Of a DNA stretch of 64,000 nt, positions 52,826 to 64,000 are shown one piece after another. Both the position numbers and the translations under genes were made by a program. This DNA is from Phoronis australis (lineage: Eukaryota > Animalia > Phoronida), in NCBI GenBank assembly GCA_002633005.1, contig NMRA01000575.1, forward strand, positions 167,489 to 231,488, written 5' to 3'. Numbering within the stretch: position 1 is the stretch's first letter; each line of letters opens with the position of its first letter. Below the pieces are notes generated by a model. That model ran no database searches. It was not told the origin of the DNA and saw only the letters and a list, made by a program, of their open reading frames with translations.

Positions 52826-53120
52826 GTAGTGGCTTGGCCTCGTCGAACTCTGAACAGCACAAGCATTCCATTGAGGTAGGCATAACAACGCACACAGTGC
52901 ATTTGCACCAAGATGTGTCACCACGTCTGTCCTCAGTAGCCGCCTCGTTTCTCTCAACAGCTGCCTGTGCCTGTGCGTACTCTGCCTCGTTATACTCGGG
53001 CTCAAACATGTACCCACCCACTGAATGTCCGTGAAAAAATTCCTCGTCACCACTGCTGTGAACAAGGTCTCCGTCACTCACACTACTGTCACTGTGATAC
53101 GGGTCACCGACTCCAGCCAT
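52825..53120 (-). pseudogene. KolX-like protein N-terminal part (P2X7 ballast-like cysteine motif)
   Basis: Acidic N-terminus, GYMFEPEY, WCKCTVCVVMPTSMECLCCSE; truncated by the internal deletion. Confidence 0.75.
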
Positions 53121-53457
53121 TTTCAGCTTACAACACACTAAACAATCCCTAAATCCAACGTAGTTGAGTTCTCTACTAACCTATCTTGCCGCAGAATACT
53201 CGCCGATGGAAAGTGGTGGCGACAATTGTTGAAAAACAGCACAAAACAAAAGTAGAATAGAACAGATTCGCACGGTAAAGTCAACGCAAAACCAAGTGGC
53301 GGGAAACGCTTGCCTCCTAAAACGTCACTTCCGGAGTAGCAGACGAGTAATTAATAAATTACGAAAAGCTGTAATTAAGTGGAAAATATATCTAGGATAA
53401 CCAACCAACCTTATTTTAGCTCAAAATGACATGGAAAAGGGTTGCCTTCGCCTTTAG

Positions 53458-56379
53458 GTTCGCACAAAAGTAGAGTACAAAATTCCAAACGTAATTCCGA
53501 GTTCCATTTCCTGTAAAAAGATCAATGACAGGGCCCAGGTATCAATTCCAGTATTTTTGGAGCTTAATCGTCTTTGAAAATTCTGTACTGTGTTTGGACA
53601 TTTGTTTGAAAAGCTGTTTTTTTCTACTCAACAGCTTATGACCTTACTGGATTTAAGGGCCCCACCAGAGCATTTATTAGTGTGCCCTCCACTCATTTCG
53701 AATGTTCTATGTCTATCAGATGCTCTGAGATGGCAGGGTAGTATTATGCATGCAGCTTTGTTGACCATTGTGGTCACTGAGAATGTCCCACTCGCTCGTA
53801 TATGAATGCATAGTATGATATGTGCCTGGTATTCAGTGAATGACCTGGATGCTTCACGCATCTAGGACATTCACAACTAGGGAGAATATTTTACTTTTTC
53901 TCCAGATGTGCACCTCATTCATGTACCTCATCAGTATTGCCTGTGTGGTTTTGGAAATGTTTAAGCTGCTTGTGTTGATCATCCATTGAAAATCATTATA
54001 AGCGAGAAAGAGAAAACAAATATTTTCTGACGTTTAGGCTCATTAACTTTGAGTAAACGAAACGTCGCAAATATCTTCTGTCTTCTCTTGCGCGCTCATA
54101 ATCAGATTCCTATAACTAGTGTTATGGCCACAAACCGAGTTTGGAAACATCTAGACTAAAATCTTGTTGGTATCTTATTTTGCCAGCTACCATACACGGT
54201 AAAAAAATTAATGAAAAGCTGAGTTAGGCAAAACTTGACTTGCTGGAATTCTCGTCAAGGAACGCATAAATATCACCATCATCTTCATGTCAAAATTACC
54301 AACTAAAGCTCGAGGGGGAGGGCACGAACCTTACATCCTGAAACGCATTTTCGTTAACGAACTTCAAAAAAATAGAGCATGGTGGAGTGTTTGAACGAGC
54401 CAAAATCCATCCAAGTCGAAGTGGCCATAACGGAGCGATATAGAGGATTAAAATGACGTGATTTATCCATTTTTTCAATTGCTGTGTACCTAAATTAACA
54501 GGCACAGAAAAAATGACTTAGGCCTACAGTACGATTTTCTGAAACGTACCTTAGCGAAATCGTCAAAGAAAAAAGCGCCACTTGCCACCTAAAACGGACA
54601 AGAACAACTAAAGCGCTCAACACGTCGCTTGCCTGAAAAAGTAACTCTTTCACTTGATTTTTGTGGTTAGACATGTGATGTGTACCCATAATTTGGTCTT
54701 GGCTCCCTACAACGGGCTACTACTTCAAATGACACGTATATAATGACGATGTCATAATTTAACTGCACCACCGGTTCCCAGGGTTTCATGTTTTGTAACT
54801 TAAAATGATTTTCATAAACTTAGGAATAAATGCGAGTTACAGGCACTGCGTTCACAAAGAGTAAGAAAACAAAAACCCAGCGGCATACGATCACCTTGCT
54901 TTAACAATGCATTCTGTGCATTCCACATAACTATTAGGCCACTCTTCAGATTAGTGCTTGCGCATTGAAAAATAACAGTAAGATTTCGGAATAGTGTAAT
55001 ATATATTGTACATGAGATTTTCAAACGTTAACATGACTAGTTGTTCATACTATGGGAAAAGCAATAAGGGTGACAGGCACTAGCGATGATAAACTATTCA
55101 GTATAAATATTACACTTCACAGGATGAGCAAAACATGCACTAAGCACTGTTGAGATAACCTACCGAAATCTTTGAAACTATCAATTATAAATTCTGCAAT
55201 ATAAACAATACACTTTATACAATGAACATGTAACAAATATACACACCCAAATAGTGCTACATGCAATCCCTGATGAGATCATCCATAAGTATGAATCCCT
55301 CCATGTAAACAATAACTCGCATGGTGAGCAAAATATTTAAAGTGGGACTTAACTACAACATAGGAACCTTCAAAATTTGTGTCATAGCAGTACAAGGTTC
55401 TACTACTTGACAAAACACCATAAGTGATATAACTGCTGAGATCACTACCTTCACGAGGAAAAGTTATCAATATAAAAATATACATGTATGTAACATGAGC
55501 TTGAGCAAAGTACCGGTAGGTGCACAATACTGCTATCCCTGGTGGAACCAGTCACTGAAAACCGCAATAAATTGCACACCTCACAAGATGACAATAATAT
55601 GTATACAAGAATTTGCTTTTCAAGATAACCATGTCGAAATGACAGGGTCATTGCAGAATTTAGTAAAAATCTGCATTTTGGCCTAAAAACAACCATTTTC
55701 AAAACCACACCAAGAGTCACTGAATAAAAATACTAAAAAAGGCAGTATGTAATTCACTTCATGGGATGCAAACAATAACTATCCTAATCTGAAAAGATCA
55801 GTCATCCAAGGCTTGAAGAGTACATGTATTCAAAATAGATACACTGGTTAAGCAATAAACTAGTAACAACAATAAGGGACATATGTCCCAATAAATACAT
55901 CTCTAGTTTTATAGTAGCAAAACTAGCATTTCAAGCTCAACAATGCGGAAACAACACAAGCAGCTTACACATTTCCAAAACCACACAGACAATACTGATG
56001 TGGTACATGTACATGTATGAGGTGCACATGCTATGCTTTCACACACATGTGAGTAGGACATTCTCACTGACCACAATGGTCAACAAAGCTGCATTCAGAA
56101 TACTACCCTGCTGGCATCTCAGAGCATTTGATACATATAGAACATTGGAAATGAGTGGAGGGCACACTAATAAATGCTCTGGTGGGGCCCTTAAATCCAG
56201 TAAGGTCATAAGCTATTGAGCAGCTTTTCAAACAAATTTCCAAACACAGTACAACACTTTCAAACATGATTAAGTGCCAAAAATACCGGAATTGATACCT
56301 GGGCCCTGTCATTGATCTTTTTACAGGAAATGGAACTCGAAATTACGTTAGGAATTTTTTACTCTACTTTTATGCGAAC
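53458..56379. mobile_element. Long-TIR non-autonomous element C
   Basis: 53458-53977 is inverted-homologous to 55951-56379; flanks TTAG and TTAA; abuts Kolobok B. Confidence 0.75.
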
Positions 56380-57394
56380 TTAAGACAGATGGCTATTATC
56401 CTATGCTCCTATATGCATCATGATTTACGTGGATATTTTATTAGTGATAGTTTACAGTTGATAAACCCAAGAAGAATACAGCACAATAAACTGGTATGTT
56501 ATGAAATCCATTCTAGTTACTTCACCAAAAATAAGTAGAGCTTGGAATGAGCAATAACAAAAACAGAGAAGAAATTTCCAGAGGATGTATGATACACAAA
56601 AAATAGGCTTGAGTGATAGACATTTTCGGCTGTAAAATTTACCTAAACTAAACATTAAATAAAGTCGAAAAAATCATAAAAAGAGGAAACTGGAAATCCA
56701 ATCAGAGGGCATCGACACCAAAAAAGAATTCCTCTTAAAAGACGGAAATCCCAAGCCCTGATCAAGTCTGTATTCTCCAGGCTTCAAAGTGTACATAAAT
56801 GCAACTGTCAAGCGGTATACCTTCTTGAAATTGTCAAGGCTAGCTTTCTGAAATGTAAACAATCACAGTTTTGGTGGTGTGATTTGTGATTTTAAAACTT
56901 CTGGTGCTGGTTACCTTGTGCAAGTGCAGTAGTGTACCACAACTTACACTCATGTAGTCAGAAAGTCACATCACTGTTTGGAAGGGCAACATTTTTGAGA
57001 GGGATTGTTGAGTGTTGCTCAATGCTCAGGAGTCAGGAGTTTTAAAATTATGAAGAAATGGATGTTTTGGGAAACAGTTGAACGAATTAGAAACCAACAG
57101 TGAAAACATTCATGAAAAGAAACCGAACCCCATAAAACGCTTTAATGAGTGGTTCGAAAAAGAGGAGATCAAAGTACATGTGAACTTTCAAGCAAGAGCT
57201 GCATGATAGTAAGAAAAGGTTCAACAAGTGAATTACAGTTTACTCACTGGAATCTGTGCTAAACATTAAACTAAGCAATCAGGGTGTAGACTGGACTGGA
57301 TTATTTTGTAAACAAAAGTCAAGAGTGAACAATAGGACCAGGTGTGTAGGACTAAGGGTTAGGCTAGTACTGGTATGCAGAATACAACGGCTTA

Positions 57395-58727
57395 TCAATT
57401 ATGTCATCAAGTTCAGTCAACAGAGAGTGCACTTTAACAAGGGGGTTGGGGTGATCTACAGAAAACAAGGAAATAAAACATAAACAAATGTAAAGAAATT
57501 AGAACAAGGTAACAAAGACATGGCTGCAGATTGCTGTCTCTACCTCTTATTAATAAAATTTAAATGGTAATTTAAAACAATGGCTTGACATTATTTCATT
57601 TGCGAACACCATTCGAAAAATTCTGGATCTGCCACTGCCATTGAAAATCCTGGAATACCAATTCAATCCGACAATATCGGACTTGTTACAGTAAATCTAC
57701 TTTACAAAGAACAAAAACAACATTGAAGTCACCATGGTAGATTCGTCCAGACGTTAATCTTTCACTAAGTAACAATGTTTCCCTGACTTTATATGTGGTA
57801 CAAGTACATAGTCTGTAATTTCATGAACATAAAATCCCACGCAAATACGGTATACTTTATCTATACAGCCAACAGCATCATGCGAGCATAAGGGATGACA
57901 AAAAATACTTACATTTTTCTTCACCAGGTCCAGGTCCCGAGCCCGACGTAGTCGATCGGCTCAGCCTCTCACGAATCACGGCTCGACGAGCTGGTCAAAC
58001 TCATAAGGCCATCCAGGAAAACCGACATGAATTCCCGGCGTTGTCATTTACTCCCCGCACAATTGCTTCCTTCCAATGTCCGTTTTCGTCAACTGCCTTC
58101 ATTTTCAGCCCATCTTCCATTTTGAAACGGCTACTTTTGACTTGAGAGCAAAAACAACAACACAGCTATCCTCACGTGTTGTACCGCACTCATTACTCAC
58201 CACCATGCGCGAGTTAGGTCCTTATAGACATGTTCACCAAAATGAAATTGCTGTTTTCTTGTTAAACTATAGAGTATGATTTTACTTACATTTCGATAAC
58301 TTAACATGCGAATAGTTTAAAGATGACAATTATAAGTCGATTTTGACGTCTTCCTTTGTTGACAGTGAAACCGCATCACCGCGTAGTAATCTTGTGTGAT
58401 GATTCTCTGAGTGTGCAGGGCTAGCCTAGACTGAAAGTGAAATATCTCGGCCAAGACTTCATCGATTTTCGTGGGAGAAGAACGCTTGTTTTCAGAATTT
58501 TAAGAGGAATTTTGTTGATGAACTTTTTACATGTCGTTGAAACAGGCGAAAATACAAACACGCGAGTCATATTTCTTCAGGCAGTCTTCACGGGCAATAA
58601 ACTGTAATCGACCGAATAGATCTGTCGACCGCAGATCTACCCTGTGGTTTTTGTCTTGATCCCAGACCGCCCCGAGTTGCTCAAGATGCCAACTCGGGAC
58701 GGTCTCTCACGAGGTTTTAGCGTTATG
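57395..58727 (-). repeat. Right arm of foldback element D
   Basis: Reverse complement of 49476-50789. Confidence 0.9.
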
Positions 58728-58902
58728 TATAACACTCGGCGAACATGTTACTCCGTACGCTGCTAAGACTAATCGGACAAATAGGATGTTTCACAAGCAC
58801 ATATGTTTTAAAGACCTGAACACCATGTACAATATGTACGCACTAGTGTATAATGCACATACTTGAAGTAGAGTTTTCTTGCAAGCACAGGTTCTTGCAT
58901 GG

Positions 58903-59380
58903 TTATCTGGACTGAGAACTATCAGCAGTTCCGTGTTGTCGAGTCACCCACGTTTCGGCGTGTGAGTCGAACGGACGAACCTTGACATTGCCAAACTGCG
59001 AGCTGGAGGTAGTTTCTAATATAAAACAAGAGCGCCTGTGTGTTACTATCCGATTCATTTCGCTGAATCCTAATTCACATTCAGCTGTACTGCAATGAAG
59101 AGTCTTATGCATAGGTCCAGTTGTCCCAGAGTACGTGGTAAGTTGTTTCCTCTGTCTTCGCCATATTTGCGAACTCATGCATTCCTCTGATTACCGTTCT
59201 GGCAACCAGCCCAAACCGATCTGAAATACGCCCGACTTCGTTCTCGCCATGTTTTATCCCAGATCCCATCAGCCACGTTTAGAGATTCAAGAAGATGCTC
59301 GCCAAAATATTCGTCAACAATATTATAGCTTAGTAGTGCCTCGATATCGCAAGCTTTCGTAACAAGACTACGCCCCACTA
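58903..59380 (-). pseudogene. hAT transposase C-terminal (dimerisation) fragment
   Basis: CSTAECELGFSEMNRIVT.RR matches the SxAxCERxFS motif. Confidence 0.65.
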
Positions 59381-61169
59381 TACCATCACTTACTGTACGT
59401 AGGCGCTACTTAAGTAAAGGATGCTTGGCTGCACATATGTCCCACTGTAACGTAATTCACGGTGCGTAGGCACTACGTTTCAATACCAAAAGCTGGTTGG
59501 CTGCGCCTACGTGCACCCACGCTCCACTACAGCACTGGAATTGAAGCATTTTGTAATGAGGCTCCAAACTGCTGGTGTTTAGCCAAAGTTTCGGGACATT
59601 ATTTTCTCCCTATATTCTAAGTAATCTAGTTGCTTTCTATGTTACCCAAAACCAAACGAGATATGATTCCAGTACAAAATCAATGCTCATCCCCAACGAC
59701 GTTGAACTCTATACAAGCACGACAATGCAATTCTTTCTCCAAATTATAATGCGTTACTTAATAAATATACACATTTTTTGACCTATTCCATGATCATTTT
59801 GCCTGGAAAGATTAATTTCTGTAATATGTTATATTCTGTTGATTAACTTGTATCTGCTGTTCCAGAATATTTGAAAGGGTTCTTTTTCAGTATTTTGTTC
59901 AATAGCTTCCTCGATTGTAGGTAACATGATTATCATGTCATTTTTATGTGTTTTATGGTTTTCTCATCACCGTGTACGCTATGTTTTAGTTCATCCATGC
60001 CTTTTCATCATGAAATGTTCTAGCCCAACTGTGCTATGCTGATTTAATTACCCTTCTTAAAGGTATGGTCCTTATCAAGGAAGAAATTTCACAAGTCCAA
60101 GGGTCGAAGGTAAATTGGAGGGTGACGAAATATTTGATAAAAACACCGACAATCGTCAATCTATCACCAGACATCACATCATCAGAGGAAATGTTGAGAA
60201 CTAAATATAGCGACATATACAATGTATTGACCAAATTAAAGCGCAACATTGTCTCTGAACTAGTTATTAAATTTGCAAAAACAGAATAAAAATGTAGTGC
60301 AGTACAGTTTACACCAAAACATTTTCCCCATAAACGCTTCTAAATCAGGATGTATATGCTTACCATAAGTAAATAAATGATACACCTGTATGTGTATCTA
60401 TCAGATAGTGCTAAAACCTCTCTACCCCCACACCCCACGATCCCCTGGACCCACAACCCCCACAACCCACTCGACCCACCACCTGTGGCGATAGATGTAC
60501 ACTGTAACTGCGATTTTTATACATTTCATAATCATATAACGTCGTTGACTGACTCCCCATACAGTGGTGGCTCTACCGGTGGGGGGGGTTCAGGAGGTTT
60601 AAACCCCCTTGGGACAGGAACAAAAATAAAAATTAAAAAGCGTTGCCAGCAAAACAAAAAAGTGCACTGCCAGCGTGCCTACACTCCAAGTAAACCAGTT
60701 CGAAGAAACTACATGTAAGGGGTTCACCCGAAAAGTATAATTTCTTTCGATTGTGATTTGCTGTAATCACGAAAAGCAACGCATTTCGAGTTTCCGTGGC
60801 TCATCGGCAAATCGTGCGGAGTTCTGAAGTAGCTAAGCACTTTAAATAGATCCACCGAGGAACAAGCAGATTTTTAGCTGATTTTTTAAGGAGCTAGGGA
60901 AAATACTGTGGTACCGCAACCCTCACAATCATGCGAGTCTATGTACAACGATTTTACCTCATTACACTCCTCACATTTGTAACTTGAATTTGACTGGTGT
61001 ATAATAAAGTTGTCTTGCGCAATAATCATACGGTGTATATGCAATGTGTTTACTTAAAAAAACGATCAACTCGTTTTCTGAAGAATTGCTGTTGTAGCGA
61101 TTGCTGTGGTTTGGTAGCGAGTCCGTTTCAAAATACACCCTAACAAGTTATGCCTATACAAGGAATGAA

Positions 61170-62492
61170 CCAGGCGGCACTCACACTGACAAGGTGACCG
61201 CATTCGCGAACAGCGTACAGTACCAGAAATGGCGTGCAGGCTAAACTTTCTCAACAAAGTCTTGCGGTACTCTAGTGGTGTTCAAAAGGCCTCCCAAGGA
61301 GCACTGGTTCCGACATCAGCACTGAAGGTCTTCCTAGAGAAAATTTCCGCAGAAAGGCCCATCTGATGAAACGCCCAAGGCCATGGGCGTTTATTTGGAG
61401 TTACAACTTCAGGTTTCAAGTCTTCAGACTTTGGGACGTTTATTCCGAAATAGCAAGAATTGCAAATTGGGATACATTGTCTTTGACAAAAGCGAAAGGT
61501 TTGAAGCAGTCCATGATGAACGGGTCAAATAGAGTTGCAACTTGTAAGTGTTTTGAATGGACTTGACAACCTCAAAGAGCTTAGTGCTAAGCTGCGCAAT
61601 GAGATGCTGAACTTGAAGAGACTTACAAGCTCTTTGACACAGCAGATGACGAAGTGCAAACCATTGGATCTAATGCATAGACTCCTCGGCACTCCAGACA
61701 ACAGAAGCATAGGGCTAACGTTCCTGCAGAAACACTGGGGTAATAAATTAAAATTCTACACAGGTTATATATAATGTTGGTTTTCTGACATAACTTTTTC
61801 ATTGATGCTTGTGTACAATGAAAACGAAATAGACATGACTTAAGAGTTAATTTTGTAGTCAATACGTGTTTCTTCCAGAGGGTACTACAGAAGAACAGTG
61901 AGATTACCCTTCTAAGACAACTTCTCACGGTAGTTGACGTTTTCGAAAGATAACATTCAGGTGGAAGCTGTGCCATTAGTGGCTAGCAGGATGAGTTATT
62001 TCTTGGACATAGACTTGCCATCACCAAATTCCCTGAAGGTGATTGACCCCTTCTGACTATCAGCATTTTGGACAACACGTCTTTTGTTAAATTACCGATT
62101 GTCCTACAGAGTAGAAACATAAAAATTTCAATATCCTTTGGTCTCATTTCAGCAGCAACTCCGACGCTGGCGGCATCTTTGGAATGCTCAGAATCTAGTG
62201 GAATTGCCAGATAATTTGCGTGCCACACTCAAGCACGCAGACGGCGACATCTTCCTAAACGTCAGAAAGTTCATTGACAGTATGTCTATTCCCTACTGGA
62301 TCCTGTGAGGCAGAGGGATCACTTTCTGTGCTCAGGGGGGTGACGACACATTTGTGGGCTAGTATGTCCGAGGAAAGGTTTGCTGGATTATCACTGATAG
62401 CCATGCATTACGACAATAAAGACACGTCCCTGGTCGTCAAGCCCTTCATCCAGAGCGATCCAAGGCGTGGGTTCTGCAACTCAGAGGACTAA
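61170..62492 (+). pseudogene. Decayed hAT transposase
   Basis: WDTLSLTKAKGL, LKELSAKL, and dimerisation domain PTGSCEAEGSLSVLRGVTTHLWASMSEERFAGLSLI...DPRR. Confidence 0.75.
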
Positions 62493-62529
62493 AACGGTGT
62501 CTATAGAGAGCAGCATTCAATTCCGAGTT

Positions 62530-63030
62530 TATTGCGTAGTGTACTTTAGGTCTCGCGACGCACCAGACCAACACATTTGTGTAGAATTGACTCTTAGTAT
62601 ACTTCTGGTTTCTCGGCGATCTGGTCTTCTAGTAAATATGTTTTACCGCAGTGTGCTTTGAAAAGCAACCTAATGAGTAGTCGCGACTGTTCGAGTAAAT
62701 TTTAGAAATATTTACCACAGTGAGCTTTATGTGTCTCGACGAACTAGGACAGTTTCTTTGTGATAACATTGACTATTAGTGTACTGTCTTCTGGTCCCTC
62801 GGCGAACTAGTATTGTGATATCTTTTTACCAAACTGTGCTTCGTAGTACCTCAGTCAGTGCTGTTTGGTCCCCCGACATATCGACTACTTTTATAGGGAT
62901 AATAAGCGCTGGTGCACCTTTGCTCTCGTAACGGACCAGGCCAGCTTACTTGTGTAGATAATGACTCTTACTGTATATCTGGCGTAGTGGTCTTGTATAT
63001 CTTTTCACCATGGAGTGCATTAAGTCTTGG
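62530..63030 (+). repeat. Degenerate tandem repeat (about 185-bp units) in the hAT 3' region
   Basis: tgact.tta anchors near 62588, 62769 and 62961 with similar downstream sequence. Confidence 0.45.
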
Positions 63031-63887
63031 TTCCATGAAAATGTTTTCAGGTGATTTTTTTCTGATACATTTGACGTTTTTCGATCATTGGGACACACAG
63101 TAACCCATATGTCAAGGTGATTCAGCTTAATAAAGTGGTACTTACGTGTTTATTGTCTCTTTTGATAATAGACTATGAACTGAGATCCCCAACGTTCTAC
63201 AATTTTTCTCGCGAGCCCTAACATTTGTTTATTTCCGGTAATAAAAGCGTTCGGGTCTTCGTTATTAAACAACTAGAGGCTGCTGTCACGCGATCATCTG
63301 ATATTCGAGTGCTGGGTTTTTACGTGGCTGTCGGTGCTCCTTAAGCCTCTCGCATATTTGGCAGTTGTCTAAACGGCTATATACACGTTTTTGTATACGT
63401 CTTTTTGTACGCTGTGTGTACACCGATGTTCCAACTTTGGTGGTGGCGTGACTCATATCCGGATGAGCGCAAAAACACGTATGGTCTTACGGAAGTTATG
63501 AGCGGAGTTCTTGTGACGAAATCGAGAAGGGTTTTACATCACCATAAGAAAATCTGCAGACTGCCACAATGCCAGGATGCTTGGATATTGCACTATTTCA
63601 ATACAAAAACAAAAAATGTTTTACATGGCAGGGGAACCCCCCTCCCGACCTCACCCGCACCCCCCCCACCCATTAGGGGCTATACGCTTGGCCATAATCT
63701 TAAATCACCCTACTGAAAACGTAGATGCGCCACTGCCATAAGACAAACCTACATGCGAATCTGCTCTGGCTCAAGTCAGGTGGTAAAAAACAGGCCTACC
63801 ACAGATAACACTTACGATAAATTTGCTGTCTACTGTTTCATGCATACATGCATATAAATAGTATACTAGTAGGCATGAAACGGATAA

Positions 63888-64000
63888 CAGTGGCGGATCT
63901 ACGTTTTCAGTAAGGGGGGGGGTTAGGATTCCCGCAAAGGTGGAATCTGAGGCGTGTGGCGCCGAGCAGGGGGCGGGGAGGTCGGGAGGAGGGTAAACCC
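63888..64000 (-). mobile_element. End of a second hAT copy, opposite orientation, running off the window
   Basis: cagtggcggatctacgttttcagta is the reverse-complement homolog of 63711-63735. Confidence 0.7.

Larger units (their letters stand above)
51762..53453 (+). mobile_element. Kolobok element, copy B (internally deleted)
   Basis: TIRs of about 157 bp starting AGGCGAAGGCAACC; flanks ATAA and TTAG (decayed TTAA); two convergent ORFs. Confidence 0.9.
49167..59537 (-). mobile_element. hAT element acting as host of the 49-59 kb nest (extent inferred)
   Basis: 13-bp perfect TIR CAGTGCTGTAGTG at both ends; 8-bp flanks match only 5/8; hAT dimerisation remnant inside. Confidence 0.5.
60562..63735 (+). 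mobile_element. hAT (Tip100/hAT5-like) element with a 5-bp TSD
   Basis: CAGTGGTGGCTCTAC...GTAGATGCGCCACTG ends; CCATA duplicated at 60557-60561 and 63736-63740; decayed transposase inside. Confidence 0.75.

Noticed and set aside
52725-53138. Host P2X7 receptor gene
   Set aside because: Only the cysteine motif is present, it lies inside transposon TIRs, and there is no channel domain.
49476-58727. Polinton/Maverick, suggested by the long inverted repeats
   Set aside because: No polB, integrase, ATPase or capsid remnants are recognisable, and no 6-bp TSD is seen.
60065-60289. 74-aa ORF (and similar short ORFs at 20056-20238, 34839-35159 and 50808-51050) as host exons
   Set aside because: No recognisable motif or consistent splice chain; cannot be supported without a search.

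Overview
Animal (probably marine invertebrate) genomic DNA, AT-rich, with assembly gaps at 15214-15749, 29449-29813 and 31219. The only host gene I can support is the 3' part of a receptor-type protein tyrosine phosphatase on the + strand: eight phase-consistent GT-AG exons from 227 to 13022, covering the end of D1 and the whole D2 domain. Most of the rest is decayed and nested transposons. These include Kolobok elements (THAP transposase converging on a KolX/P2X7-ballast-like ORF, TTAA targets), a Sola3-like element, a Helentron-type HINE, Harbinger, P-like and hAT remnants, an L1/Tx1 fragment and two copies of a CR1/L2-type LINE, one carrying a 2A StopGo motif. A probable Ngaro tyrosine-recombinase retroelement spans about 16 kb with split direct repeats, and a four-element nest of inverted repeats lies at 49-59.5 kb. 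The main leads are: (1) strong enrichment of TACATGTA, which appears as a 6-bp insertion when paired repeat copies are compared and looks like mass Tc1/mariner excision scarring; (2) the Ngaro element apparently carrying its SGNH hydrolase 5' of gag, followed by a hairpin-repeat/variable-spacer array; (3) the LINE 2A peptide. All family assignments come from motif recognition by eye, not database searches.
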